From the NCBI GenBank assembly GCA_030390025.1, contig CM059432.1, forward strand, positions 141,052,001-141,116,000: DNA of 64,000 nt, read 5' to 3'. This DNA is from Squalus acanthias (Eukaryota). A program made the translations under genes and the position numbers. This document shows positions 49,671 to 63,397 of this stretch, one piece after another. The notes beneath the pieces were generated by a model. The model was not told the DNA's origin. It searched no databases and saw nothing but the letters and a program-made list of their open reading frames with translations. Position 1 is the first letter of the stretch. Each line of letters opens with the position of its first letter.

Positions 49671-52274
49671 CCGCTAAAGATAGTAATTGGAACCGTTTTT
49701 AATTTGTTGCTGTCATATCTTGCTTAATTAGCTGAAACAACACGTTGACCGACATTAATCATGTTGTCACAAACAGACACAGATCTTTTGAATTTGCTAA
49801 CTTTGTTATTTTATTGAGTTTTCAGCTAGGTAGATGTTAAGTAGAAATTTTGAATAGGTGAAAATGTGCTCCAGTATTACAAACCGGTTTTGTATCAACT
49901 GAAACACATGCTGACATTCTCAGAGTGCAAGGAAAAGCACAAACATCTTGCAACATTTTTTTAACACAATAAAAGTAGTTTTCATTTTTACCATTCTGCA
50001 CTGTTTAAGCAGCAACGGCTCAAAAACATTAATTGTATGGATTTTAAAAACGTGTTGTGCGCAGAGTAACGGACATTGATCATTCTCTCATGTAATGTTA
50101 CCTATTTGCAAAGCGTTTCATACATTAAGTTAGCTTTTTACAAAGCACACAGTTATGATTTTGTGTTTTGCTTTGTGTTTAAAAAAAAACAAGTAAAAAA
50201 AAGTTAATTTTATTGCATGATCGTTCCATGGCTGCGTTTTTCCCAAACCGCACTGACTTTTTGCATTAACTGGCATTAAGTTGTCAGCTGAAGAAATATT
50301 AAGTAGACATTTTGAATAGGCCAAAATATGCTCCAGTATAACAAATGGATCCCAGTGGCATTGGCAGTTTGGGAACAGGTTATCCGCCTGCTCTCTTGGT
50401 GGTAGCTCCACTGTGGCTATGGAAGACAGAGATTAGGGAGTAGTTTTGTCTGTAGCCTACAGATTTCCTTTCTGTACTATGCTTAGTTTAAAATAGGTCC
50501 TCTTTTTAAAAAAAAATACTCCATTCAAACTGGAAGCTGCACATTCATTAAGCCAGTGTATTGTCTACAGTTAAGATGGCTATAGAAACTCACTGACGAA
50601 ACAAAGAGTCCTTAATATGCTGATATTTTAAGTTGTTGAGAAAAAAATGACATTCAATTAACCTAATCGGGAAGGTTGCTTGCTTTGAAATGGCTGTTGT
50701 CAGAATGCATCAGGGCCAAACTTAAGCCGTTGGCAGCTTGAAAGTGCAATTGTAAGTGAGTTTGGGTAGAGTTTGTTCCAGGGGTGGCTACAGAAGCAAG
50801 TGGGGTTGGAAGGGGTTAGGGGGTTGTGGGTGGTGAGGTATGCAAAGAAGTGGTTGGGGATGGCCTTGTCTGTAATCAAGACCATGTGAGTAGAGAGGCA
50901 CATGAGATGGCAAGGCCGAGGGGAGGCCATGAATAGGAATATGGATAGGAGAGTTTATGTGGAGGGTGAGGTTTAGGGAGAACTGTGAAATCAAAGGAGA
51001 GAGGGCAAGGTGAATTGAGATGGAGATTTAAATCACTGAGGATGAGGAGCCGCTGAGGGAGTTAAGGAGGGACGAGATCTTGGGGAGAAACTTGTGATGA
51101 GGCTTGGCGAGGCAGTAGAGAATAAGGATTTTAAAGGAGAGTTGAGAGTGGTTGGAATAAGGTGAGCTGGTCAAAGATGGAGAAAGTTCCAGAGGAGAAG
51201 AGGGAGAGACCAAGGTGTGATTTGGTGATCAGGGCCACCCTGCAGGAGTTTGGGCAGAGCAGATGGTGAAAAATATACTCAGGCAGTGAGGTTTCAGTAA
51301 GGAGCAAGGTGCCGCCACCTATGAGCCAAGTTTCACTTGAAGGTATGATGTCAGTCATCCACAATAAAGTCATGACTGGCAAGGACCTTGTTAACGTGTG
51401 AACAGATGTTCTGACGGGAAATGCGGAGAGGGGTGGTGATTGTTCATCCGCTGACAGAATCTGTGGAGGCAGCGGTAGGTGTAGTGAGTGGGACGGGGAG
51501 GAGGTTGGCAAGATTTTCCCACAAGTGGGTGTCCTGGGCGGAAAGGTTGTGGAGAGTGGAGGATAGGGCAGTTGGGGTTGCTGCTCTTAAGGAGATAGCA
51601 AAAGGTGCCTCGATGGGCCCTTTGGAGAATGTCGAGAGACACAAGAGGGTAGCTGTGGGCTTATCCACGGGGAACTCAGCCTAGGACAGTGACATGAGAG
51701 TAGGAACACCGAGGAATAGTGATGACTTGGGTTAAGGATTAGTGGGGCAAAGTGCCCAAGAGGGGAAAAATAAAAGGTGCCTTGACTGGGTGGTCCAGTA
51801 ACATCTTGAGTTTCTGGATAAGCTTGTAACATTACCTTTCCAAATGGTATATGTGCCACAGATGTTTCATCTCAATGATTATTATGGCGAAAGTTGTGTT
51901 TTGTCCTTATTTCTGAGCTCACTCTGATGCTTGTTGCCAAGGCAAAAGGAAGAGGGGAATTAAGGGCATATTGCCCCTCATTGGAGGGATATAGAGGGTT
52001 GCTGAGGCCTTTGAATATGCATGATTGGACAGATGTGCTGAAAGCAGATCTCTTTGTGGGAGTGGGGCTGGAAGTCTTTCGGACTGGGTGGGTCAGGAGC
52101 AAGCCCAATTTTTTTTGAAGCAGTGGAACCAGAGTAAAAAGAAGCACCTGCCGGGGGTCAAAAACAGGGTTGGGGGGGGAGCTGGAGGAGGCAGCTTTAA
52201 AAAAAACATTGTCTGCAAGGGTAGAGTAGTGACAGCAATTGGGAGTCTCAGTGCATTGTAGTACTGCAAGTAGG

Positions 52275-53180
52275 TAAGAACATAAGAAATAGGAGCAGGA
52301 GTAGGCCAATCGGCCCTTCGAGCCTGCTCCGCCATTCAATAAGATCATGGCTGATCTGATCCTCACCTCAAATCTAAAGAACACAAGAAGTAGGAGCAGG
52401 ACTCAGCCACTCAGCCCCTGGGCCCGCTACGCCACCCACAGGGCCTCGACCGATCCGAACTCAGCCTCATGTCCAATTTCCTGCCCGCTCCCCGTAACCC
52501 CTAATTCCCTTCACTTCTAGGAAACTGTCTATTTCTGTTTTAAATTTATTTAATGATGTAGCTTCCACAGCTTCCTGGGGCAGCAAATTCCACAGACCTA
52601 CTACCCTCTGAGTGAAGAAGTTTCTCCTCCTCTCAGTTTTGAAAGAGCAGCCCCTTATTCTAAGATTATGTCCCCTAGTTCTAGTTTCACCCATCCTTGG
52701 GAACATCCTTACCGCATCCACCCGATCAAGCCCCTTCACAATCTTATATGCTTCAATAAGATCGCCTCTCACTCTTCTGAACTCCAATGAGTAGAGTCCC
52801 AATCTACCCAACCTCTCCTCATATGTCCACCCCCTCATCCCCGGGATTAACCGAGTGAACCTTCTTTGTACTGCCTCGAGAGCAAGTATGTCTTTTCTTA
52901 AGTATGGATACCAAAACTGTATGCAGTATTCCAGGTGCGGTCTCACCAATACCTTATATAACTGCAGCAATACCTCCCTGTTTTTATAATCTATCCCCCT
53001 AGCAATAAAAGCCAACATTCTGTTGGCCTTCTTGATCACCTGCTGCACCTGCATACTAACTATTTGATTTTCTTGCACTAGGGCCCCCAGATCCCTTTGT
53101 ACTGCAGTACTTTCCAGTTTCTCGCCATTAAGATAATAACTTGCTCTCTGATTTTTCCTGCCAAAGTGCATAACCTCACA
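52275..53180 (-). mobile_element. CR1 3' portion with a doubled 3' UTR module
   Basis: ORF 52467..53204 CEVMHFGRKNQ...VRPHLEYCIQFWYPYLRKD...FFTQRVVGLWNLLP. Confidence 0.92.
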
Positions 53181-53409
53181 GGTAGCATCAAGGTTTGCAG
53201 CCAAGGTCCTCCATGTGCCATACCATCAATCTCAGTTGTGCTGATGTGAGGTCCAGGGCAGAAGGTGTGTGCTTCCTCCATAAGGGGTGGAGGAAGAGCC
53301 ACTTCAGCTATTCTCTTGCACCTTTTCCTTGCATGTTTTAGAGCAACATTTATAGATGGCTAAGATTGGGTCATCTCACCCAGGGAAGGTTTGTAGCATG
53401 GTTGTATGA

Positions 53410-53750
53410 GAGCTTGACAGGGTAGATGCTGAGAGGCTGTTTCCCCTGTGTCTAGAACTAGGGGTCATAGTCTCAGGATAAGGGGTCGTCCATTTAAGAC
53501 TGAGATGAGGAGAAATTTCTTCAGAGGGTTATGAATCTTTGGAATTCTCTGCCCCAGGGGCCGTGGATGAACAGTTGTTGAGTATATTCAAGACCTGAGT
53601 TGGATAGATTTTTGGGCACTAAGGGAATTGAGGGATATGGGAATGGGCAGGCAAGTGTAGTTGATGTACAAGTTCAGCCATGATCTTCTTGAATGGCGGA
53701 GCAGGCTTGAGGGGCCGTATGGCCTACTCCTGCTCCTCTATGTTCTTATG
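53410..53750 (+). mobile_element. CR1 3' end fragment
   Basis: agaactaggggtcatagtctcaggataagggg...ggcctactcctgctcctctatgttcttatg. Confidence 0.85.
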
Positions 53751-56444
53751 TAGCATAAGAATTTTTAGAATTGGAAAAAAGCCATTGGGCTGAACAAGCT
53801 CATCCTTTTTTATTATCCACCTACTTTTCTACCATAATCCCTCAATCCCTTTTCTCCAGAAACTCATCTAATTTGCTCAGTGGGCTAATTTTACAGACAA
53901 ACATAAGGTAGAGAAAAATGATTTTAGGAGAACCAGTCTCGCCACCAGTTGAACAAATGTATTTTTGTAATGCCAAGCCATTTTTTCAATTTTTTTTTAA
54001 GAAGTCCTCAGGCATAACATTTTAGTTAATGTTTTCTTCTCATTGACACTTACTGTCAAGCCCCCAGCATATGCATGATTGATGGTGTGCACCTCACTAT
54101 AACTGACTGGAGTAAATGGCATGAATTGTGTGTTACACATAGCCAGGAGACTTTCATCCATCAGCACCTGCCTTGGCAGAACCAGTACTTTAAAAAAAAC
54201 TTTCAGTGGATTGGCTATATGCTAAAACTTTTTTTAAATTGGATGAATGATATAAATGGTGTTTCAGACATGGGAACGTTGAAGGTTTAATGTTTGATAA
54301 TCTTCAAAGACAAAATTGCTTTGTGTATGTCTTGTCTTGCGTTACAGTCCAATTCTGCATAAGTATCAGATATTGAGTGAAATAAACATACATTTGTCCC
54401 TAAAATGCACATGGAGCTGCTGGAAAAAATAGTTGTTGGGAAAGATGTTGATCTTTGCCCAGAGCAGGAGTGTCTACATTCTTGCTGGATAAATTCTTTA
54501 AATCACTCTCTACCCCAACCACAATGTGTGACAAGTCAAAACATAAATCGTAACAGCTATTTGGAATACTCAGAAATATAACTCTGGATGTCTTTAGCAA
54601 CCTGAAGTATGGTATAAAGAGTGTTAAGCTTTGGTTATTTAAGTGTGGAACTTTGGTTTTCCCGAAGTACTGTATCCTCAGACTTTGCCTGTAGTATATT
54701 ACTAGATGCTTAGTTGGTCACGCTGCACCATTTGTAGCGGTTTGGGAGCAGGCACGTTCAACTAGGAATGCTGTGATCCAAGAGAAAAAAATATAAAAGT
54801 TCTGTGTCTGCATTTCTTGCACTATGGACATCTATTGTATATTAAAATTACAGATGGGCCACATTTCATTGAAATGTATGTGAAGGTTGCGCTCTGTGAT
54901 AACATTACTTAACAGCCTAATTCCTGAAGGTGACTGCTTAATTCATATATACATCTCACAGAAAATGCAAATCAGGGCCAGTGCAGGTATGTAATTCCGT
55001 GAACCTAGTAAAATCAGGACATCATTTTTGAAAGAAACTAGCCCATTCAATTAAAAAAAAAATCAAATTAAGGCCTTTTAAGTTTGTAAAAAAAAAAAAA
55101 TTGAATCTCAGTTTTGGACAAGCTGAAATGTATGGAGGATTGTAGGCCAGCAAGGAGAGGATTGGAATAGTTGAGTCTGGACGTGTGGGTGTGTTATAAA
55201 GAGGAAGGTCTAAGGTAGGAGCGGAGGTGGGCAATGTTGCAGAAGTGCAAGCATGGTTTATACAATGGAGGGATTATCGGGTCCAAAGCTCAGCTCATCA
55301 AGTCCAACAATAAGAGATGATTTATATTTTTAGACAAATACTTTTTTAAAACTTATTTTAAATTCAATGTGCTTCCCGTTTGAATTTCTGTATTGTGTAC
55401 ACATCACTCCTGGTTTGTTTTTATTTCTAAATAATTTGGCTCTAATTGGCTGTGTACAACTAATCTTGATTGGTTGGCTTTTTTTAATGATTCTGAAAGT
55501 AGAACAAGGATTCGCCAACTTAAAGATTTCTTGAGCTTTTTTTTTTAAACCCATACACATTTATCTCCTTGTTCATTACATGCTGTTTGTGGCAAAATAA
55601 TTCAACTCGATCATGTTGATTTGCCATTGAAGTGCTGTTTAATTCAGTCAGTTACAGATGGGCCATTCTCTGGCATAGGAGCAACTAGCTTCTATTTCAT
55701 CATTAGGTTTTCTGTTTCTGTGCTGAAGCTGAAGTTCCACCTCTAGTATTTGAAGTATAGCTTTGATTTCTCTATTCACTCATCACTTACTCAGTGCACA
55801 ATTGCAATTGATAACTAGGCTTATGTGTATTGCCACCAAACATTTGACCCAATGCGCTTCACAATTGACACTTTTAATTTATCATTTCAAATTGCTTCCA
55901 CCACTAGTACCACCAGCACGTCACCACAATGTGGTCTAGCTCAAAACACTCTTCAGACACAAACACCTTGTATTTCTAAAACAGTCCTCATGTACATGAT
56001 GGGCAGCTAGCTCGCAAAGGCAGTTCAATTTACAAAAAAATGAATTAAAAATAATGAAAGGAAATGCACCTTAAATGGTGATATTTTAAGTAGAGCAGAG
56101 ACCTTGGTGCACTGATATCAGTTCCTTAAAGGTGGCAGCACAAGTAGATTAGTTTTGTATCTAGAAGCACTGAATACAAAGGCAACTAATTTGTACAAGA
56201 CCTTCGGTTGCAGTTGGAGTATTGTACCCTATTCTAGAGGGATGTAAAATCAGTTGGTGTAGGAAGTTACCAGGCGTGAAAGGTTGCAGTTATGAAGAGA
56301 AAGCCGAGAAGCTTAAGGATAACCTGATTGCTGTCTTCAAGATTTATGAAGGGTTATGGTAAGGTGGATTGTGACAGATTGTTTCAACTGGTCAGTGAGA
56401 CAGTAACGAGAGTGCACCGACTTCAAAGAATTAAAGAGGAGATT

Positions 56445-58160
56445 GAATCATAGAAGTTTACGGCACAGAAGGAGGCCATTCGGCCCGTCGTGTCTGTGCC
56501 GGCTGAAAAGAGCCATCCAGCCTAATCCCACTTTCCAGCTCATGGTCCGTAGCCTTGTAGGTTATGGCACTTCAAGTGCATATCCAAGTACTTTTTAAAT
56601 GCGATGAGGGTTTCTGCCTCTACCACCCTTTCAGGTAGTGAGTTCCAGACCCCCACCACCCTCTGGGTGAAATTATTTCTCTTTCTTTAGTTATCCTCTT
56701 GCTCTTTATGTAATTATAAAACGTGTTTGGGTTTTTCCTTGATATTACTTGCCAATATTTTTTCATGCCCTCTCTTTACTTTCCTAATTTCCTTTTTAAT
56801 TTCATCCCTGCACTTTCTATACTCCTCGAGGCTTTCTGCAGTACTGAGCTCCCAGTATCTGACAAAAGCTTCCCTTTCTTTCCTTCTCCTACCCTGTATG
56901 CTCCTTGACATCCAGGGGGCTCGAGATTTGGGAGTCCCGCCCTTTTTCTTTGTGGGAACATATTTGCTCTGAACCCTCACTATCTCCTCCTTGAATGTCT
57001 CTCACTGCTCTGACACTGATTTACCTTCAAGTAGCTGCTTCCAGTCCACTTTTGCTAAATCACATCTCAGCTCAGTAAAATTGGCCTTTCCCCAATTGAG
57101 AACTTTTACTCCTGGTCTATCTTTGTCCTTTTCCATAACTACACTAAATCTAACTGAATTATGATCACTACCATCAAAATGCTCTCCCACTGATACCCCT
57201 TCCACCTGCCCAGCTTCTTTCCCTAAAACTAAGTCCAGAACCACCCCCTCTCTTGTTGGGCTTGCTACGTACTGGCTATAAATGTTCTCCTGATTGCATT
57301 TTAAGAATTCTGCGCCCTCTATACCTTTTACACTGATTCTATCCTAGTTAATATTGGGGTAGTTGAAATCCCCAACTATTACTGTCCTATTGTTTTTGCA
57401 CTTCCCAGAAATGTGCCTACATATTTGCTCTTCTATCTCCCTCTGACTGTTTGGGGGTCTGTAGTACACTCTTGGAGTGTTTGCCCCTATTTTTGTTCTT
57501 CAGTTCAATCCATATGGACTCATTTGATAATCCTTCTAAGATATCAATCCTCCTCACAGCTGTAATTGTTTCTTTAACCAATAGTGCAACCCTCCACCTT
57601 TTTTATCTCCCTCTCTATCTCATCTGAAAACCCGGTAACCAGGAATGTTGAGCTGCCATTCCTGCCCTACTTTAAGCCATGTTTCAGTAATAGCTATGAT
57701 ATCATACTTCCACGTGTCTATCTGTGCTCTCAGCTCATCTGTCTTATTCCCGAGACTCCTTGCATTGAAGTATATACCATTAAGCACTGCCACACTCCTT
57801 TGTTGTCTATTTTCTAGCCTTTGTTTCCTCTGCCTTCCAAACTCGCTTACTAATTTTCTGCCTTCCATTTCCAGCTTTGCTTCTCTCCCTTCTGAATCTA
57901 TGCTCAGGTTCCCATCCCCCTGCCAAGCAAGTTTAAACCCTCCCCAACAGCACTAGCAAACCCCCCACATGAGGATATTGGTCCCGGATCTGTTGAAGTG
58001 CACCCCATCAGGCTTGTACAGGTCCCACCGCCCACCCCATAGAAATCTAAAGCCCTCCCTCCTGCACCATCTCTCGAACCATGCATTCATCTGCTCTATC
58101 CTCCTATTTCTGTACTCACTAGCACGTGGCACCGGGAGTAATCTGGAGATTACTACTGTT
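56445..58160 (-). mobile_element. Internally deleted CR1 (ORF1 esterase end and APE joined directly to the 3' end)
   Basis: Minus-strand VVISRLLPVPRASE..WDLYKPDGVH, YFNARSLGNKTDEL...IAITETWL, SDHNSVRF; the RT core is missing before the 3' UTR at 56445-56680. Confidence 0.88.
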
Positions 58161-59210
58161 GAGATAGTGCACGGGGAGGTGTATTTAGAGGAGATCACCC
58201 AAGTGGGTTGAGATGAGGCAATGGAAGGATTTCAAGGTGAGTGTAAGGCCTTGAAATCGATTCAATGAGGCACAGAGTAGTAGTGGAGGTTGTAAGGGAT
58301 GGGGTGCAGGACTTGGTATTTGTGAGGATATGGGCTGTTGTGAAATCCTTCATTGGAAGGTCAAAATCTGCAACCACTGCTGGATGTTTCTTCACAGTTC
58401 AAGTGGACAGTATACAGATGTTTCACCCGACCAACGTTATCTTTACTGAAATCCGAGTGAGAAGACTGCAGTGCCAACTGACTTCTGTGTGGTTTGCTGT
58501 CAGCAACAGATGCTTCAACTATCCCAGGCTGGTACTTTCTTTTTAAAGAAAAGGCTCCAGTGCTCCTGAACTTGAACTCTGAGCAATCAGTTATGCACGA
58601 TTTGCCATTGATTATTTGTCTTGACTTAGTTCTCACAGAACTTTTGGACGGTTTACAGTGAGAAAAAATTGCTGTAGTATATGTCTGATGGTATTCTAGC
58701 ACCTCGGAGTAGCCAGATTGCTGTACAATAATATACAGTGCATCTGAATGTTGGCACAGTTGTAATGATAAAAGTACTTGCACATTTTTTGGTTCAGTGC
58801 CATTGAGTTCAGCCATGGGACTTGTTAAATTTAGGTGCTAATTAGAGCTTCTCCATTCATCGTTCAGGATCTTGCAAGTTTTGAAATTTTGACAAATGTG
58901 ACAGAGGACTTTACGCGAACAAAAATATCTTTAATCTTAATCTACACAAGTTTGCTGCTTTGTGGAGTGTTTTTGAACCATGAAAGAATCCTGATTTATT
59001 TTCTTTTTTTGGTCTACTGCTTCAGAGGACCTGAAAAAATAATCAGGTCTTCCAGTCGTCAAAATGTGGTTAAATTGTCAACCTTTTTACAATTTATTCA
59101 GGGAAAATTGGATAAATATTTGAAACTGATGATGCAGGGCTATGGGGAAGAGAACAGCGCAGCGGTATTAGTTTTGGATTGCTCTATTAAAGAGCTGGCA
59201 CGGACACAAA

Positions 59211-60767
59211 GGGGGGAGTTTTTCGGGGGGTCAGCGGGCGCGTTTGGCGGTGGGTCGGGCGGGGAAAAAAATGTTTTGACAGCGGGTAGGGAACCCGCTG
59301 TCAACCTGCCGCCACGCTAGTTTCCCAAATGTCGGGTCTGTCATCGCTGAACAGACCCGACACCAAGCGACGGGGGAGGCAATTTAGATGATTAAGAGCT
59401 TGTTAACAGGCACTTAAAACTATTTTAAGCTCACCTTTACATTTTAAAAGTTCGCCCGCGGCTACCCCACTGCTCGGGGATCACGTCAGGTAAGCAGGTC
59501 AGGAGTTGTGTCAGCATGGGATGATTTCTTAACTTGACAGCTGCAAATGTTCTATAAAAGCTCCCATTTCATAGCTGTTCACTTTCCAAGCTCAGAAGCT
59601 GGTGCTTACTGCATTTGGAAGACAGATTGAGCTTTATGCAGCTTTCAGGTGTTTGGAGCAAACTCTGTATCCAGTGTCACCTCATTGGAACAACCTCTCT
59701 CACCATTGACAGATCGCTTCTGTCATCTCAACCTCACCTGCCATCTATTCCACCAGCATCGGTGTCCTTGAAACTATCTCAACTTGGTCCTCGGAATCCC
59801 AACACCAGGCACACCAGCAACACCAACAACAACACAAACCTTCTCCGCAATCAACTGATGCTACACAGGACAGAGGGCATCAGAACCCAACCACATTGCT
59901 GCCCGGAACGCCAGGAATGGCCTCACCATGGCCAGATTTACTTCACTTGATGCTGCACACCCTGGCTGTCACATGATGCGCCAAGTTGGCACCAACCACA
60001 CCAACACCATAAAACATCCCTACAACGCCCAAGCCATTCCTTCCACACTCATTGCCATTGCGGGGGCTACCGTTATGTCTCCCCATTCATGGCAACTCAC
60101 TAAGCCACTTCCAAAGGTGCACACAAATCTGTCCAAGAAAGCAAAATGTTCAAACTAAAGATTTCAATGTTTGACAGCACATTAGCAGAAACTTCACATG
60201 AACATTGGCTAAAACACACAAGTGCCTATCCTTATACGTTGTTAGTTGGTATGATTGGACTAGGATGAGGGTGAGTGTGAGGGTGGCTAGTGAGATGGGG
60301 AAGTGATAATGTAGATAGAGGGGGATGGGTGGAGGTGCAAGGTAAGTTGGTGTGAGTAAGGATGTGCAGGAGTAGGGTAGGGAAGGCAGAGTGATGGGGA
60401 TGTGATGAGTGGCACAGCAGGATGAGGGTGAGGGAAGTAAGCATATGGAGGGAGTCATGGGAGAGCCTGGGTGCAGCCGTGGGCATCTGTGCCATGCTTG
60501 TCAGTGTTTGCAGCACCTCAATGCTGTAGCACAACCATCAAAATCAGTTTGTGCATGGTCCCTTTAAGGAAACCGGCTGATGATGTGTCATCAAGTGATG
60601 TCATCAGACCCGCTTCCTTCAATTGGCCGGAAAACGCGCTGGGCGGGCTTAACAAGTCCAATCAGCGTAAGATCACTTTGGACAGCGGGCTGAAGCCAGC
60701 AGCGAGGTCGCAACCCGCCACCGACCCCGGCCGCACCGGACCCACCGAGGTTGGGGAAATCGCGGCC
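59211..60767. mobile_element. Non-autonomous PIF/Harbinger-like element inserted in a CR1 3' UTR
   Basis: GC-rich termini, AAA on both sides, CR1 3' UTR resumes at 60768; minus-strand MAQMPTAAPRLSHDSLHML (ATG 60495) resembles the start of a Myb/SANT-like protein. Confidence 0.55.
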
Positions 60768-62741
60768 AAATGGCCTCCTTCTCTGTGTTGTAAATTTCTA
60801 TTATCCCAGAGTGAATTTGGCTACTATGTTGTTTCAGTAGCACTTCTTAAAATATGGGCACTCGCCTACACTTTTCCTTCCACCAGACAAAGTCCAGCTA
60901 CATTATTCCCTATTACTCTACTTGCTTGTTGATTCCCGTATTCAGACCACCAGTATTTTACTTCAAACGAATTTATGTGCTCTGGCCCTGGAGATGTGCC
61001 TGATGAAAAGACCTGGGTCTTGTGCTTAAAAAAAAAATGTATTTTAAGAAATTAAAAAGCAAGCCATAATAACTTGGCCATTTCTACCTTCAAAATTAAG
61101 TTGTGATATAAGTCTAAATTCTCCATTACTGAAATTTGTTTTTGCTGAGATATATAATAGAGTATGCTTACATTCCAACTCAATCATTGGTGTATATATA
61201 CAAGGCCTTTGGGGCTGAAAGCAACTCCTGAATCCTTACCAAATTTGGCTATGACTTGTGTAATGTATATTTATCTGAATCTTAACCCTCATAAACTATT
61301 TCTCCAGTTGAAAGGTCTGAGTATTGCCTATTAGAGCAACTTTATGAGAAGTCCTCTATCTCCGAGGCTGTAAGGCTTCCTTCCCTCACTGTCTCTTTAA
61401 AATTTTAGTATGCCACGTATAAGGATAAATTCTATTAGTCAAATTTCTCAATTGTCAGATCCAGATGTTATATATTGTGTGATTGAAATCCCTAGTTGCT
61501 CTGAGAAAGTGGTGCCTGTCCTTGTGGTGATGGTACTCCCACGATACTGCTAGGTAGGGAATTCCAGAATATTGACAACGATGAAGGAATGGCAATATTT
61601 GTCCAAGTAAACATCCGTCTGACTTGCAGATGAACCTGGATGTCATGTTGTTCCCACAGCATTGCTGCTGTTGTCGTTTCTGGCGATAGAGGTTGCAGGG
61701 GAGGGAGATGCTGTCAAATCCTTACTGATTTCTTAAATCTACCTAGAAGTCGTGCCTAGGCACAGGAAGACTAAACCTGGTCAGCAGGTGTGTGTAAACT
61801 TGTAGCATGTTTTACATGGATAGGATACACTGCCATTCTAAAGTCAACCCAATCTTAACTGCATGCGAGTTTTTCCATGGGTTTATATTTGCATCTGTCA
61901 AGTTTGCTACCTGAAGCGGCTAATCATAACTGGTGAAAGTGCAGGTGGTCGTACCTGTAGTATCGAAGAAGTGTTTCAGTATCCTATAGATGCTGCCAGG
62001 AAATATTTACTCCATGCCAACCAGATCATGTGAGAAGTTTGTGAAAAAGTTGATACTGGAGCATTCATGAGTTTTTATCATAGCAAAGATGCATTAATGT
62101 GGGCAACCTGTTGACTTACCGACTGCATATATCCAGTAACAGTATCCATATTCTCCCCAGGTTAAATTCTCCCTGTAAAATCTGGCCGGACTGGTTTTAT
62201 TGTTGTGCATATCCTTTGATGGGTGTAGTAGTAACCCAGAAGATCGTTGGTTTGCCTGTTTAGCAGGATGGTAATGTTCATATTGCAGCTGCTTAACTAC
62301 AGTTGAAACAAAGTCAAACCAAGTTCTATCAAATCCCTGAATTTGCCTCACATCGGAATATTCAACATGATTGTACCAGTAGGAAAAGCGATTGTAATTG
62401 TTTAGCCTCAGGAAACCTTTTGAAATATGAGTACAACTTTTCCCCAGAATGTCACAACTCAAATTGTTGTGGTTTTTAACAGTCTAAGTTTGAATTTTTT
62501 TTTTACTTTCTCAAATGCCAGATTAAATATGTTTTTTCTTCATGCAACATCTGCTGACTTTATGCAGAGGAATTTTAGGGCAAATAATATGCACTCCAAA
62601 GAGCCAAGTTGTTTTTTTGATGCCAGCAATATGTCTTAAACTCAACCTTTGCAGAATGCCTCGGTCTTATTTTTTGTGCAAAAGAAAAAATCTAATGGAA
62701 TGACAATTTCCAACTGAGTAACCAGCTGAATTTACTTTCAG

Positions 62742-62835
62742 GTGACTGTGGCGACCATGTTGTAGTGGTAAATACAAAGCACATTGCATTCTCTGGAAAT
62801 AAGTGGGAACAAAAGGTGTACTCCTCTCACAGTGG
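62742..62835 (+). CDS. MRPL13: MRPL13 exon 3
   Basis: tttactttcag| [30 protein letters not shown](G) |gtaagt; uL13 signature; 94 nt. Confidence 0.97.
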
Positions 62836-62879
62836 GTAAGTAGGAAATTAGTAAAAGCAAATAAAGGTTGTAGTTTATG

Positions 62880-63065
62880 CTCAGTCATTGAGTATATTCA
62901 AGCCTGAGATCCATAGATTTTTCGATACTAAGGGAATCAAGGGATATGGGGATAGTGCAGGAAGGTGGATTTGAGATAGAAGATCAGCCATGATCTTATT
63001 GAATGGTGGAGCAGGCTTGAAGGGCTGAATGGCCTACTGCTGCTCCTATTTCTTATGTTCTTGTG
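62880..63065 (+). mobile_element. CR1 3' end fragment in MRPL13 intron 3
   Basis: gagtatattcaag...agggaatcaagggatatgggg...ggcctactgctgctcctatttcttatgttc. Confidence 0.87.
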
Positions 63066-63397
63066 TTTATAGCATATTTATTCATATATTAACTCTCTCT
63101 ACATTAGCCAAAAAAACTCCCTCAGTATTCGCTTCCTCCTACAACCCATGGATTTTGAAACTCAAGGTTGGCACCACCTAACCTCCCCTTTTACTTCATT
63201 TTCCTCCTACTCTTTTGAACCCTGGTGATGTCCACTTTTTAATGAAGATCTAAATGAATGGTCTAAATTAATATTACTGAATGCTAAATACAAGAAAGTT
63301 GTAACATTTTAGAAATTCAAACAGTTACTTGAGACTTTTAGTACTAAGGGGTTAGAACGGAGTACATTGGAAATTTTAAATGCAATTTTAATTTCAG

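Noticed and set aside
61000..61025. CTGATGA followed by an aagacc/ggtctt hairpin, hammerhead-like
   Set aside because: No GAAA box follows the stem, so the core is incomplete.
61750..62450. Possible ancient retroelement remnant or ORF 62094..62462
   Set aside because: Too degenerate to assign; no diagnostic motif is supported.
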